Below are positions 1 to 10,837 of a DNA stretch of 64,000 nt, piece by piece. Below the pieces are notes generated by a model. The model saw nothing but the letters and a program-made list of their open reading frames with translations, was not told where the DNA came from and did not search any database. The DNA lies in NCBI GenBank assembly GCA_011605725.1, contig JAAOZP010000004.1, forward strand, positions 160,001-224,000, read 5' to 3'. The translations under genes and the position numbers were made by a program. Numbering within the stretch: position 1 is the first letter of the stretch; every line of letters starts with the position of its first letter. This DNA comes from Nitrososphaerota archaeon. GTDB taxonomy: Archaea > Thermoproteota > EX4484-205 > JAAOZP01.

Positions 1-834
1 GTTTCCCTCGGAGGGTTTTCAAGTAGGTGTTCTCTCCAACTAGGGTCAGTTCAAGTCATAGCTGAGAGAACAGGCGTGACGACAGTAGGGAACTTCAGGG
101 TAAGGGATATTGCAGCCGGGGGGCAGGGGGCTCCGATAATAGCCTACGTTGACTACTCTTTACTCTCAGACCCAAGGAAGGGGAGGCTCGTGCAGAACAT
201 AGGAGGCATAGCCAACGTAACCGTGCTCCCCGCAGACTCTGGAGTCGGAAACGTATACGCTTTCGACACGGGCCCTGGAAACAGCCTGATAGACTTTGCA
301 GTAGCGATGCTGTATCCAGGTTTAACCTATGATCCTGAGGGCGAAATCGCTTCCAAGGGTTCCTGCGACGAGGAGGTTTTGAAAGAACTCATGGCCCACG
401 AATACGTTGCCAAGCCGCCTCCGAAAACCACTGGAAGAGAAGTTTTCAGCAGCTCTCTCGCCAAAAGGATTGTTGAGAAAGGGCTTGGTAAAGGCCTTTC
501 TAAGGAGGATGTTGTCGCTACTTTGACGATGTTCACCGTTAAAAGCATTGTTAAAAACTATGATCTTTTCATACTACCGAGGGTTAGGGTTGAGGAGGTT
601 ATCGTTGGGGGAGGAGGTGCTAGGAACAGGACTCTCATGAAGTATCTCGAAGAGGAATTGGAGGAAAGAGGCCTGAGGCTGCTTAGACACGAGGATGTGG
701 GAATCGACTCAAAGATTAAGGAGGCCCTTGGCATGGCTGTGCTCGCACACGCCACTCTAAGTGGTGTCCCCAACAATATACCTGGAGCCACTGGGGCTGG
801 GAGAAGCGTTGTAATGGGGGAGATCGCCCTATAG
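1..834 (+). CDS. anmK: Anhydro-N-acetylmuramic acid kinase (5' end outside window)
   Basis: Frame open from base 1 (SLQLGSVQVIAERTG); motifs NFRVRDIAAGGQGAP, NIGGIAN, FDTGPGN, PPKTTGRE, VGGGGARN, KEA. Confidence 0.93.
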   Translation, partial: VSLGGFSSRCSLQLGSVQVIAERTGVTTVGNFRVRDIAAGGQGAPIIAYVDYSLLSDPRKGRLVQNIGGIANVTVLPADSGVGNVYAFDTGPGNSLIDFAVAMLYPGLTYDPEGEIASKGSCDEEVLKELMAHEYVAKPPPKTTGREVFSSSLAKRIVEKGLGKGLSKEDVVATLTMFTVKSIVKNYDLFILPRVRVEEVIVGGGGARNRTLMKYLEEELEERGLRLLRHEDVGIDSKIKEALGMAVLAHATLSGVPNNIPGATGAGRSVVMGEIAL

Positions 835-1911
835 GGAGGACACTAATAGGTTGTGGAAAACAGGTCTAAACCTCATTATCTTATTGTTCTCCCTGCTTGG
901 GTGGACCCTGTTGCTTAAAAGGACAGCTACAAGCTTTTGCTCAACATCTATGCATATCGAGGTCCCTGTGAAACCCGTGTGACCGAAAGCCCTCCCATCC
1001 GTCATCAGGTCTCCAAATGCCTGTGTAACCGTCTTCCTGTAGACTTGCCACCCAAGCCCGTAGCAGTAATCGTCACCAACCCATGGGCTGAGCATTGTCG
1101 CCGCAGTAGCCTTTTTAACTAGGCAGTCGCTTTTACCAAGGTAGGCTTGAAGCAGTTGGTTCCCCACCAGCCCGACCTCTTTCGAAACGGAGAATAGTCC
1201 AGCATGACCCGACAACCCGCCCAGTGCCCTAGCGTTCTCATCGTGGACAACCCCGGTCAGGGGGAGGCCGGTCGCAGGATCGGTTTCCGTCGAAGCAATC
1301 TCGTTCTCTGAGAATCCATGGCTCAGAGGATTGTAAACCGTCTTTCTCAAGCCCAGGGGTTTAGCGACGAGCTTCTCGAAAAGCCTGTCTATCCTTTCCC
1401 CAGCGACTCTCTCCAGTATCGCTGTGAGAACAATGTAGCCTATGTCGCTGTAGACGACATTCGACCCCGGTGGACAGTTGATGAATGATCTCGCAGCCTC
1501 CTCGAGAAGCTCCTCCCTACTGCTCTTGCCCAGCTTGTATAATGGGGCCCACGCAGGGAGGCCGGCGGAGTGAGAGAGCAGCATCCATATCTCTGTCCTG
1601 CTTTTAAGCTCATCATGCCCTGCATTAGTTGCAGAGTATTCCGGCAGAACTTCTGAAACCCTCTGCTTCAAGTGCAGAAGACCCTCCTCCATAAGCCTGG
1701 CGGTAACGATCGATGCAGCAAGAGGTTTAGTTAAGGAGGCAAGGTCATACAGCGTCTCTATAGAGGTGTTTCTTCTCGAAGGAACAGTCTCGGCATATCC
1801 GAAAGCCTCCTCGTAAACAAGCTTATCGTCCTTATAGACCGCTACTGAAGCTCCTGGGAAAACGTCATTAACAGCATTGGCGAGAGCTATCCTTAGGCTG
1901 TCGAAGCTCAT
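829..1911 (-). CDS. Serine hydrolase, beta-lactamase/class C (AmiE-like) family
   Basis: SxxK (ASLTK), LLSHSAGL, YSD, VHDENA, GHAGLFS, FGHTGFTGT, SNRVHP. Confidence 0.88.
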   Translation of the reverse strand: MSFDSLRIALANAVNDVFPGASVAVYKDDKLVYEEAFGYAETVPSRRNTSIETLYDLASLTKPLAASIVTARLMEEGLLHLKQRVSEVLPEYSATNAGHDELKSRTEIWMLLSHSAGLPAWAPLYKLGKSSREELLEEAARSFINCPPGSNVVYSDIGYIVLTAILERVAGERIDRLFEKLVAKPLGLRKTVYNPLSHGFSENEIASTETDPATGLPLTGVVHDENARALGGLSGHAGLFSVSKEVGLVGNQLLQAYLGKSDCLVKKATAATMLSPWVGDDYCYGLGWQVYRKTVTQAFGDLMTDGRAFGHTGFTGTSICIDVEQKLVAVLLSNRVHPSRENNKIMRFRPVFHNLLVSSL

Positions 1912-2048
1912 TGCTCTGAGAGTTTTTAATCGAACCCACTACCTTATATTATTTGTGGCAGAAGCGCATCTGTTTATCCCTAAACAAACAGGGATTCTAT
2001 TCCTGTTCGCGGAGAGAGCGCGTTAAACTTAAGGAGACACAGTGTTTC

Positions 2049-3056
2049 TCATTGAGGATTGAAGCATGCGACGAAACGGCGGTTCCGGAGTTCTGCTAGT
2101 GGAGGAGTTTTCTTGCTGCATTCTTCGGTCCTGAATGGGCAACGCGGATGAAATCGACAGCCTTTAGGAGGATCTATAGCGCTTGCTATTTCTCCTGTTG
2201 CTCCCAATCTTCTTTTAGGCCGGTCGCCAAAGCCGAAGCTTGCAGAAGCCGATAGTAGGAGCTGTGAATATGGATGAAACTGGTGACTCATGAAGTCTTC
2301 TATCGGAGCTATCTCCATTATTTTTCCAAGGTACATTACTATTATTCTATCGCAAGTATAATATGCTACGCGAAGGTCATGTGTCGTAAGCAAGTATGTT
2401 AAGCCGTATTGATTCTTTAGTTCCATCAAAAGATTAAGAATACCCGACCTAATGCTGAGGTCAAGCATTGAAACGGGCTCGTCTGCTATGAGGAACTGTG
2501 GCTTAACGGCTAATGCTCTGGCTATTGCAACTCTTTGCCTTTCACCCCCACTAAGTTCATGCGGGTATTTATCTATAGCATCTTCAGAAAGACCGACACT
2601 TCTCAGCAGATCGATACAGTATTCTCTTATCTTATTCTTGTCTTTAACAATACCTTGTACGCGCAGTGGGAATGCTATCGTTGAGAAAACAGTTAGGCGC
2701 GGGTTTAACGATCCGTAAGGATCTTGAAAGATCATCTGAACCATCCTTCTATAGTTTTTCAAATCCTTGCCACGAAGAGACATGATATCCCTCCCCTGGA
2801 AAAGGACCTTGCCCTCAGTCGGAGGTGTGAGCCTTGCGATAACCCTTCCAATCGTAGTTTTGCCGCTCCCGCTCTCCCCAACAAGGCCGAGTACTTCACC
2901 AGAATCTATGAAGAATGATACATCGTCCACTGCATAAACATATTTTCTCCTGATAAGACTACTTGTCTGGGCTGGGAAATACACTTTAAGATTTTTTATT
3001 TCAAATAAATGAGGGTTTTTGCTTAAAAAACTAGCATTGCTCGCTTTCTCCATCAT
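2049..3056 (-). CDS. Oligopeptide/dipeptide ABC transporter ATP-binding subunit (OppF/DppF-like)
   Basis: GESGSGKT, LSGGERQR, ADEP, C-terminal GCRFHPRCP. Confidence 0.93.
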   Translation of the reverse strand: MMEKASNASFLSKNPHLFEIKNLKVYFPAQTSSLIRRKYVYAVDDVSFFIDSGEVLGLVGESGSGKTTIGRVIARLTPPTEGKVLFQGRDIMSLRGKDLKNYRRMVQMIFQDPYGSLNPRLTVFSTIAFPLRVQGIVKDKNKIREYCIDLLRSVGLSEDAIDKYPHELSGGERQRVAIARALAVKPQFLIADEPVSMLDLSIRSGILNLLMELKNQYGLTYLLTTHDLRVAYYTCDRIIVMYLGKIMEIAPIEDFMSHQFHPYSQLLLSASASFGFGDRPKRRLGATGEIASAIDPPKGCRFHPRCPFRTEECSKKTPPLAELRNRRFVACFNPQ

Positions 3057-4012
3057 GAAACCACCTTATGGCAGGCAACATAGTGGCCTTGCCCCACTTC
3101 AATAAACTCTGGTTTTTTGCTAAAGCATCTTTCCATGGCGATTGGGCAACGTGGCCTGAATCTACATCCTTTGATTTCAGCAGCAAGGTCAGGGGGAGAC
3201 CCGGGTATTGACCAGAGTTTCTCTCCTCTACGCGTAAGGCTCATTAAAGACTTGACTAAACCATCCGTATAAGGGTGAAGCGGGTTTGAAAGGAGGCTCT
3301 TCGTATCAGCCATTTCCACAAGCATTCCAGAGTACATTACTGCAATCCTATTGCTGAATTCGGCAAGAGTTGAGAGATCGTGAGTAATAAATAGTACTGA
3401 GAGACCAAACCTCTTCTTCATATCCCAAAGCACCTCTAGAACCTGTCTTGCAACCACCACATCCAGTGCCGTTGTAGGCTCATCGGCAATCAAGAGAACA
3501 GGGTTTAGAGCAAGAGCCATAGCTATGATCGCTCTTTGACGCATACCGCCGCTATACTGGTGAGGATAATCGTTCGCCCTTGACTCATCTATACCTACAA
3601 GAGAAAGTAGTTGCTTAGCTCTTGATATTGCATCACGCTTAGACACACTTTCATGCACCATAATCGCCTCAGCTATCTGATCGCTGACCCTATGCACAGG
3701 GTTTAAGCAGTTCATTGCATTTTGAAAGATCATTGATACTTTCTTCCACCGATAAGCTCTCAAATCCTCTTCCTTAAGGTTCAAAACATCTATACCGTCA
3801 CAAACAATTCTTCCACCTATTATCTTCCCAGGTGGCTTAATCAATCTCAGAATCGCGTAGGCAGTTGTACTTTTCCCACAACCAGATTCCCCGGCAAGAC
3901 CAAAAACTTCTCCTCTATCAACGTGAAATGTAACACCGTCAACAGCCTTAACCTCGCCTTTTCGAGTGAAGAAGCTTACGTGCAAATCTTGGATAGAGAG
4001 CACCTGACTCAT
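3053..4012 (-). CDS. Oligopeptide/dipeptide ABC transporter ATP-binding subunit (OppD/DppD-like)
   Basis: GESGCGKST, YSGGMRQR, ADEPTTALD, GCRFRPRCP. Confidence 0.93.
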   Translation of the reverse strand: MSQVLSIQDLHVSFFTRKGEVKAVDGVTFHVDRGEVFGLAGESGCGKSTTAYAILRLIKPPGKIIGGRIVCDGIDVLNLKEEDLRAYRWKKVSMIFQNAMNCLNPVHRVSDQIAEAIMVHESVSKRDAISRAKQLLSLVGIDESRANDYPHQYSGGMRQRAIIAMALALNPVLLIADEPTTALDVVVARQVLEVLWDMKKRFGLSVLFITHDLSTLAEFSNRIAVMYSGMLVEMADTKSLLSNPLHPYTDGLVKSLMSLTRRGEKLWSIPGSPPDLAAEIKGCRFRPRCPIAMERCFSKKPEFIEVGQGHYVACHKVVS

Positions 4013-4017
4013 TTTTC

Positions 4018-4528
4018 TCAGTAGCTCCTGAGCCTCGGATTAGCGATAGTATTTATTGCAGAACCAAGCAAGTGTATCCCTAAACCGATCAGTGCAATGC
4101 ACAAGCCTGGTGCCGTGACCCAAGCCCAGCCCATGTTATACACAGCTCCCCCCATGTTTGCAAAGTATATTACAGTCCCCCAACTCATTTGGGAAGGGTC
4201 TCCTAGACCAAGAAAGCTGAGGGATGCCTCTGACATGATTCCTGAGATGATCGTCAATATCGCATTTGCCATCACAAGTGGCAGTATGTTAGGCAATATA
4301 ATAGAAAAGGTTATTCGAAGTTGACTGGCACCACTCATCCTTGCAGCATCAACATATGCTCTTTGCTTGACAGTTAAGGCTTCAGATCTAACTATTCTAG
4401 CCATTGCGGGCCAACCGAATGCCGAAAGAACTATAATAATGTTGAAAACACCCCGGCCTAACAATGCCGCAGTGAAGATCGTTAATGGAAGCTTCGGTAT
4501 TATTATGAGCACATCACAGAACCTCATG
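4018..4528 (-). pseudogene. OppC/DppC-like ABC permease, N-terminal half missing
   Basis: ARIVRSE..YVDAARMSGAS (EAA loop), SEASLSFLGLG; begins mid-protein at the GC palindrome at 4529. Confidence 0.85.
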
Positions 4529-4543
4529 AGCGCGCGCGCGCTA
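4529..4543. repeat. GC palindromic junction motif, expanded copy (AGCGCGCGCGCGCTA); first of about 40 copies
   Basis: Read directly; joins two divergent gene fragments. Confidence 0.9.
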
Positions 4544-4944
4544 TTATTGCAAATGATTTTTCACCTAATCCGGATGATTATGAATCAGTGGTTAAGGCGC
4601 TGGGACAGGATTGGATCTCTTGGGTTAATGAGGGCCTACTAGACTTCGCTGAGCCTATGATATACTGGACCGAACCAAAGGATTTTGGAACGATTGTTAG
4701 AAATCTGATGAACAGGATAAGAGATAAGAGTTTTCCAATATATCCTGGTATCTTAGTGTCGAACGACTACGTTATTGAACCTAATAAGGTGATGGAGTAC
4801 GCCAAGAAGTCCATTGATGCTTCAGGTTCTGGAATTACACTGTTCCAGTATGCCAGCTGGTGTGCCTCTCATAGGAGGTCCTTAGGGCTACCTGAGATAA
4901 GGGACTATGATCAAGAACTTATCAGGTTAAGGGAATTACAATAA
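4543..4944 (+). pseudogene. C-terminal fragment of a glycosyl hydrolase-like (GHL10/DUF187-type) protein
   Basis: Frame open from 4543 (IIANDFSPNP...GQDWISWVNEGLLDFAEPMIY); starts at the palindrome with no N-terminus. Confidence 0.65.
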
Positions 4945-5076
4945 CTGACATCATCCTTTAAGTCAAAACATCCATGAAATAACTTGCTATGCTTAACTAG
5001 TGGGGCAAGCCCGGTAAAATAGCAAGATTATCATCTGACAACTTAGCGTGCTTACAAGCTGTGCATCAATCTTCTT

Positions 5077-7089
5077 CTATCTGCACCTATACAATATAAG
5101 CGTCGAATCAGGATTCTTAGCCAAATGAACCTTAAGCCCCTCATCCATGAGTTCCTTACCGGTCAGGGTTCTCTTCTCCCCCGTGTCCAGATCAGTTATT
5201 TCATAATGAGCATCAGGCTGTAGTTCACGAAGCCTGAAGACAGCGTCAGTCAAAGGGCTTAAGCGACGTTTCAGCACTACTACCAGTCCCTCAGCTAAAT
5301 CAGGGCGATCAAGCTGGTACGCCATCCAAGCCTCTTCAGACTGAGTGTAAGGGGTTAGCGGATAATAGTCGCCATAATAAAACTTTCTAATACTTAAGTA
5401 CTGGTTGAGCTTCTTTCTCACCGAGTTGAAAACCGTTTCTCCCCCAGAGATACTTTCTTCAATTCCTAGAGTAAAAACCATGCTTGCGCACATTACACTA
5501 CGGAACGCGTAGTCGTCAGCCTTCGCCATGTTTAAACCTCCTGCTCCGAAAAGCGGTATCCAAAGGAGTAGACCGTAAACATGACACTGGTTTGCAACAG
5601 GCCCGTCTATGAAATCCGTAGACCAAAATGGCGTGCTTCGTCCAATCGTTTCCAAGTCGATTCGACGACCCCCGCTTGCACAATTATCTATAATAAGATT
5701 AGGATGCTTTTGAAGAAGATCGTCCCAGAAAGCGTAAAGCCCTTCCACGTATCTGATTTCAGTAATCCCCTGCCTGTCTTCAGAGTCCGCATTACGCCAG
5801 AACCTTAATGGAGCAATATTAGCGTCATGCCTGTAGCAATCAATATGGAATTCAGCAATCCGATTCGAGATGAAATCCGTGAGGAAGCGGCGCGCCTCAG
5901 GATTACCAAGGTTAAACAGCGCGTCTCCTTCAGCAATCTGGTTCCGACGGCTTTCGAAGAAAACCCATGCTGGATCATTCTTGTCAAAGTAGTGCGGCCA
6001 GCTGAAAACCGTGTCCACACTTTTAATCTTAAGCAGCCAGTTGCAATGCTCACGATACCAGGGCGTATCTTTGCAGACTCGTTCAGGCTCAAACCAGAGT
6101 GAAAGCTTACGCCCAGATTTATGAAGCGTGGCAGCGATTTCTTTAAAGCCCTCCGGATAAAGATCCTCCCTAACCTCCCAGTTTCCCACGTTTTTCCACC
6201 AAGGTTGGCCTCCAAACCACTCCGCATCGATCCAGTAATATTCAACTGGAAGATCGTGATTAATTATTTTCCCTATAGTATCTAAATGGGTTTTTGCAGG
6301 AGTCCCACCCCAGCTTGAGAAAAATACTGGTGCAACTAGTGGTTTACCGTCTACGGAAGGACGGTGGTGAGTGAGAATAAATCGCCGCAACATGTTTTGA
6401 CCACGCATCCAATCCTTGCTCCAGAATAGCAGTAGAATTCGTGGAGACCTGATTTCCTCACCCGGGTAAAGCCTTAGATTCGTAGTCTCCATGCCGGCCT
6501 GCAAACGCAACTCGTTTCCACTGCTACGTTTGAACAGTGCTGCCCACTCGCCAGTCCAGCCGATCGCAAGTATTACGCCTTCCTCCTCCATTTCAATATT
6601 GAAAAACGGTAGGAATTCGCTGGAGGACCGTCCGCCACCGGGTCGAAGCAAGAATTCTTCGTCAAGATTAAGGTCTTTCTGAATAGGCATAAAATCGTCA
6701 ATTGAGGCGAGAGCACCTTTAGCATAATGAAGAGTAAACCGGTTTCTCTGACAATGCATTACGACATCCAGTGCCTGAATGCTCTTGATAATCGGCGTAG
6801 TTTCCACAGAAGCATTCTTAAAGTATAAAACCCATTCTAATGCTGGAAAATCACGATACTCGATTAAGATACATCTTACCTGTAACCCTGTCTCACTATC
6901 GTTATGAAGCATCACGTGTTCAATGCGTTCACCGTCCAGCTGCCGCGTGGCATGCGCGAAATCCCAGTTCCTCAATAGATCTTTAGAAAACCTGCCACCA
7001 TACGTGAATGAGAACGGAGGATCTGTACCGGATATAAACCTGGTTAAAACCCGTTGCACAGCAGCCGTTTCAACAGGAGAAACATTCAT
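5077..7089 (-). CDS. Alpha-galactosidase (GH36-like)
   Basis: FSSWG, YWIDAEW, LWFEPE, YRHDAN, IDNCASGGRRID. Confidence 0.85.
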   Translation of the reverse strand: MNVSPVETAAVQRVLTRFISGTDPPFSFTYGGRFSKDLLRNWDFAHATRQLDGERIEHVMLHNDSETGLQVRCILIEYRDFPALEWVLYFKNASVETTPIIKSIQALDVVMHCQRNRFTLHYAKGALASIDDFMPIQKDLNLDEEFLLRPGGGRSSSEFLPFFNIEMEEEGVILAIGWTGEWAALFKRSSGNELRLQAGMETTNLRLYPGEEIRSPRILLLFWSKDWMRGQNMLRRFILTHHRPSVDGKPLVAPVFFSSWGGTPAKTHLDTIGKIINHDLPVEYYWIDAEWFGGQPWWKNVGNWEVREDLYPEGFKEIAATLHKSGRKLSLWFEPERVCKDTPWYREHCNWLLKIKSVDTVFSWPHYFDKNDPAWVFFESRRNQIAEGDALFNLGNPEARRFLTDFISNRIAEFHIDCYRHDANIAPLRFWRNADSEDRQGITEIRYVEGLYAFWDDLLQKHPNLIIDNCASGGRRIDLETIGRSTPFWSTDFIDGPVANQCHVYGLLLWIPLFGAGGLNMAKADDYAFRSVMCASMVFTLGIEESISGGETVFNSVRKKLNQYLSIRKFYYGDYYPLTPYTQSEEAWMAYQLDRPDLAEGLVVVLKRRLSPLTDAVFRLRELQPDAHYEITDLDTGEKRTLTGKELMDEGLKVHLAKNPDSTLILYRCR

Positions 7090-7239
7090 CCTTACCGCCT
7101 CAGCTTGCAGGAAAGCCCTAACCGGATTTAAGGTTTAACAAGTATCCGCAACCAGACTGCAGCTTGAATAGAAATACGCATCATGAGAAACGGCTGATAC
7201 TGAGGAAGCAAATCCAGCTTTTTGAAAAACCCTAGTTGT

Positions 7240-9390
7240 TTAACTAACGATTAGCCTGTTTACGAGCCTAATGTCCCTTGAGGAAGAACCCACCCTTACC
7301 TCATACTCTCCCTTCTCGACAACCCATTTCTCACCATCATAGCTTGCAAGCATGTCAAAATCCAGCTCAACCCTTATCCCTTCCTTCTCACCAGGGTTTA
7401 GAAGCCTCGTCTTATGAAACCCTTTAAGCTCTTGAAAGGGCTTGTCCACCCTGCCCTTCGGCGCCCTGACATAGACTTGGGCAACCTCTTTCCCCGGGAG
7501 GCTTCCAGTGTTCTCAACCTCGAAGGAAACAATCACCCTATTGTTAACCACCTCAACCATTAGACCCCTGTATTCGAAGCTGGTGTAGGAAAGACCGAAG
7601 CCGAACTCGTAGGCAGGCTCAACCCCGAAACTATCGTAATACCTGTAGCCAACGTATATCCCCTCGTCGTACACGACTCTCTGCGGGTTCTCCCTCGGCT
7701 TCCCTGGGAAGCTCCAGGATGGAACATCAGAATAATCCATGGGGAAGGTTGTTGGAAGCTTGCCAGACGGGTTTCTCTCGCCCGAAACAATGTCGGCAAC
7801 TATCCTCCCCGTCTCCTGGCCAGCCTGCCACGTTAACAGGATTCCGTCAACCATGTTCCTCCAGCTGGCGACCTCTATCGGGGATCCTATGTTCAACAGT
7901 GCTACAACCTTCTTACCATGCTGATGAAAAGCTTTAGAAACCCTCTCCACCAGGGTTCTCTCGTCATCGCTCAAATAGAAGTCTCCCTTCTCAGGCTTCC
8001 TATCGTAGCCCTCACCCGATATCCTGCTTATCACGATGATTGCGACATCATTTCTCTCCGCAAACCTGCTTATCTCCTCCTCACCTAGAAAATCCTGGGG
8101 AACCGGTTTAAAGACTTCCCCGAACATTGTTTTCTCAATCCTGTATTCAGCCCTACTCCTGATCTCAGCCAAGTATTTCGCATGGGTCTCCGCAAGCTCC
8201 TCGTCTATCCTCAGGCGTTTCTCCCTCATCCCGTCGAGAATAGATATTACGTACCTCGGATGAGTGTCACCGCTTCCAGTCCCGCCTTTAATGGTCTCTA
8301 TCTGGCCTGTTCCGAAGAGAGCTATTTTAGCATCCTTTCCCACGGGCAATGCTCCATCGTTCTTAAGAAGGACAACTCCCTCCACGCCTGCCTCATAGGC
8401 AACCCTGGCGTGAGCATCGAGATCAGGCTTGTTAGAATACTCGTATCCTTTGAAGGAAGGGGTGTTGACTAGAACCCTTAGAATGTTCTTCACATTCCTT
8501 ATGAGGGTTTCCTCATTAAGCCTCCCTTCTCTAACAGCATTAATTATCGCCTCCACCTCGTCCTTCCTGCTGGGGTCGACCTGATTCGCCTTCCCAGGCA
8601 TTATCATATCGTTGCCAGCCCTCATCATCTCCACAGGATCGTCCTTCGCAAACCAGTCTGTCATCACGAAGCCTTCAAACCCCCAGTCGCACCTCAGAAC
8701 CCTCGTCAGAAGCCACTCGTTCTGCGAACAGTGTTCCCCGTTCAGCTTATTGTACGCGCTCATAACTGTCCACGGCTTAGACTTCTTAACAGCTATCTCG
8801 AAACCCTTAAGATATATTTCTCTAAGCGCTCTTTCAGAAACAAGCGTGTCGATCAGGAAACGGTTTGTCTCCTGATTATTGGCTGCAAAATGCTTCAAGC
8901 AGGCGCCGACGCCTTGAGACTGAACACCCTTAACGAAGGCTGCAGCCATCTCCCCGGTGAGAAGAGGATCCTCAGAATAGTATTCGAAATTCCTTCCACA
9001 TAAAGGATTCCTGTGAATATTCATCGCAGGCGCGAGAAGAATATCCACGCCATACTCCCTAACCTCCTCGCCGACACATCTGCCAACAGCCTCCAGCAAC
9101 TCCCTGTTCCAAGTTGAAGCGAGCATTGTCTCAACGGGGAAAGCCGTAGAGTGATACGTTTTATCATCATTCTCCCTCCGAGGGTTTATTCTCAATCCGG
9201 CGGGCCCGTCTGCCAAGACGGCTGAAGGTATTCCAAGTCTTTCAACAGGATGGGTCTCGCCAGCAGCACCTGGAACTCTTGGAGGAGGGTTGCCGAACAT
9301 GCCGGGTATGCCTATTCCAACAACGATCCTAGCCTTCTCCTCAAGAGTCATCCTAGAAACAATATCTGGAACCTCTTTCAGAGTCACCAA
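7240..9390 (-). CDS. Beta-glucosidase, GH3 with fibronectin III-like C-terminal domain
   Basis: DGPAGLR, RNPLCGRNFEYYSEDP, LKHFAANNQE, VMTDW, YEFGFGLSYTSFEY. Confidence 0.95.
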   Translation of the reverse strand: MVTLKEVPDIVSRMTLEEKARIVVGIGIPGMFGNPPPRVPGAAGETHPVERLGIPSAVLADGPAGLRINPRRENDDKTYHSTAFPVETMLASTWNRELLEAVGRCVGEEVREYGVDILLAPAMNIHRNPLCGRNFEYYSEDPLLTGEMAAAFVKGVQSQGVGACLKHFAANNQETNRFLIDTLVSERALREIYLKGFEIAVKKSKPWTVMSAYNKLNGEHCSQNEWLLTRVLRCDWGFEGFVMTDWFAKDDPVEMMRAGNDMIMPGKANQVDPSRKDEVEAIINAVREGRLNEETLIRNVKNILRVLVNTPSFKGYEYSNKPDLDAHARVAYEAGVEGVVLLKNDGALPVGKDAKIALFGTGQIETIKGGTGSGDTHPRYVISILDGMREKRLRIDEELAETHAKYLAEIRSRAEYRIEKTMFGEVFKPVPQDFLGEEEISRFAERNDVAIIVISRISGEGYDRKPEKGDFYLSDDERTLVERVSKAFHQHGKKVVALLNIGSPIEVASWRNMVDGILLTWQAGQETGRIVADIVSGERNPSGKLPTTFPMDYSDVPSWSFPGKPRENPQRVVYDEGIYVGYRYYDSFGVEPAYEFGFGLSYTSFEYRGLMVEVVNNRVIVSFEVENTGSLPGKEVAQVYVRAPKGRVDKPFQELKGFHKTRLLNPGEKEGIRVELDFDMLASYDGEKWVVEKGEYEVRVGSSSRDIRLVNRLIVS

Positions 9391-9648
9391 TCCTAATCCA
9401 CTGGAATGAACAGTTTAAAGATTATTTAAGTTTTTCATTCGATACGAGATTAAAGCTAGCCTTAAAGAATTAAACCATGTTGACCCTGATTAGAATGATT
9501 GCTTCCCATACCTCTGAAAAACTTACACGAAACCCGTAAGCCGAATTTTTAGCATCAAGACGCGAAGTTTTAAGGAGAACGGCTTTTTAGATGCAGCTTA
9601 TACTTGAACCTCCTTTAAACAGTTTTTGAAAACGGAAACATTACGATA

Positions 9649-9966
9649 TTATTCTCTTCTCTCCACGATTATCTTACACTTTGTCGCTATAGCTGCAATA
9701 ACTCCTAGGGCAGCCATCCATGGTGCTAAGATGGCACCTATCACTCCTACAGTAGCAGGGATTTCGAGCAGTGTTTCATCCTTCTCGCTTTTCACAATTA
9801 TTCTTGTAACATTCCCTTCATGAATAATGTTTTTAATCGTTTTAACAAGATCATCTGAAGAAACCGCGTATTCCTCTCTTGAAACCTTTCCAACGGGGGA
9901 GCCGCATGCGGAGCAGAAAGCAGCGTCATCAGGCAGTTCCCTACCGCACTTCTGACAATGCTTCAA
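9649..9966 (-). CDS. Zinc-ribbon plus DUF4342-like protein
   Basis: CQKCG..FCSACG, then KNIIHEGNVTRIIVK...LLEIPATVG. Confidence 0.75.
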   Translation of the reverse strand: MKHCQKCGRELPDDAAFCSACGSPVGKVSREEYAVSSDDLVKTIKNIIHEGNVTRIIVKSEKDETLLEIPATVGVIGAILAPWMAALGVIAAIATKCKIIVERRE

Positions 9967-10837
9967 ACATCTTCCACCTCATAATAGGATTCTAAAGAAA
10001 GTTTTTAAACTTTTTTAAGGACGCTAAGCCACTATTCTTCTCATGGAGCCACCTTAACCCTCCGGGCCAGCCTTTACTCGACATCCCAAGGATAAAGCGA
10101 TAATACTCGTTTATTTTGCTCACAGCATAGCTATAATCCTTCCAACGCCACAAGAAGTAGTTTGATACAGCCGCTCGCCTGAATTGACCGACTGTCGTGT
10201 AAAAAGTGGATTCTCCCCTCTAATGACGTTCGATAAGACTGTGATTATCCCAAGTGGATGCGGGCTTACCCTCACGGTATTGGTAAACAACATTAGCGCG
10301 CGCTTTAAGAATCAAGTGTTTCCAACAGTTCTATGTGCACGCGACGTTAACAGTGTATACCGCGTTCTTTGGCCCAAGAATACATGTACTTTGGGACTCA
10401 ATGTCTACACCAGAAGTACTCGTAGCTCTACCTGTTTTAATGCTTGCAACCCTGGTTCACAAGTACCTTATAAAGGAATTGAGCGCGCCGTATTCCAGTT
10501 CTTGGAAATCACGTTAGAGCCCCTGAACACCACAACCATCCTGCGACTCTTCAAGACTATTATTGTAGGTTCGTCAACGCCTCTTGAAGATTTGAGACCG
10601 GAGAACACAATACTATAGGGTTCGCAGCGGTATAGAGCGCATCACGCTACATGTCCACCAACCAGTCCAGGTTAGCAGCTGCTATTATCCTCCGGATAAC
10701 GAACATAATCTCGTCTTCATACTCCAACTCGCTTGTAGCACTGCTAACCTTCATCCTTTTTCAACCTGTTCCTGACTTAGCTCGGGTCTTTCAACGAATT
10801 GATTAACATAGCTAACCCACACCGGTTTTCCCTCGGC

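Noticed and set aside
10184-10618. 144-aa ORF
   Set aside because: It spans two motif junctions (10294, 10481) and has no recognisable domain; likely a chance frame over stitched fragments
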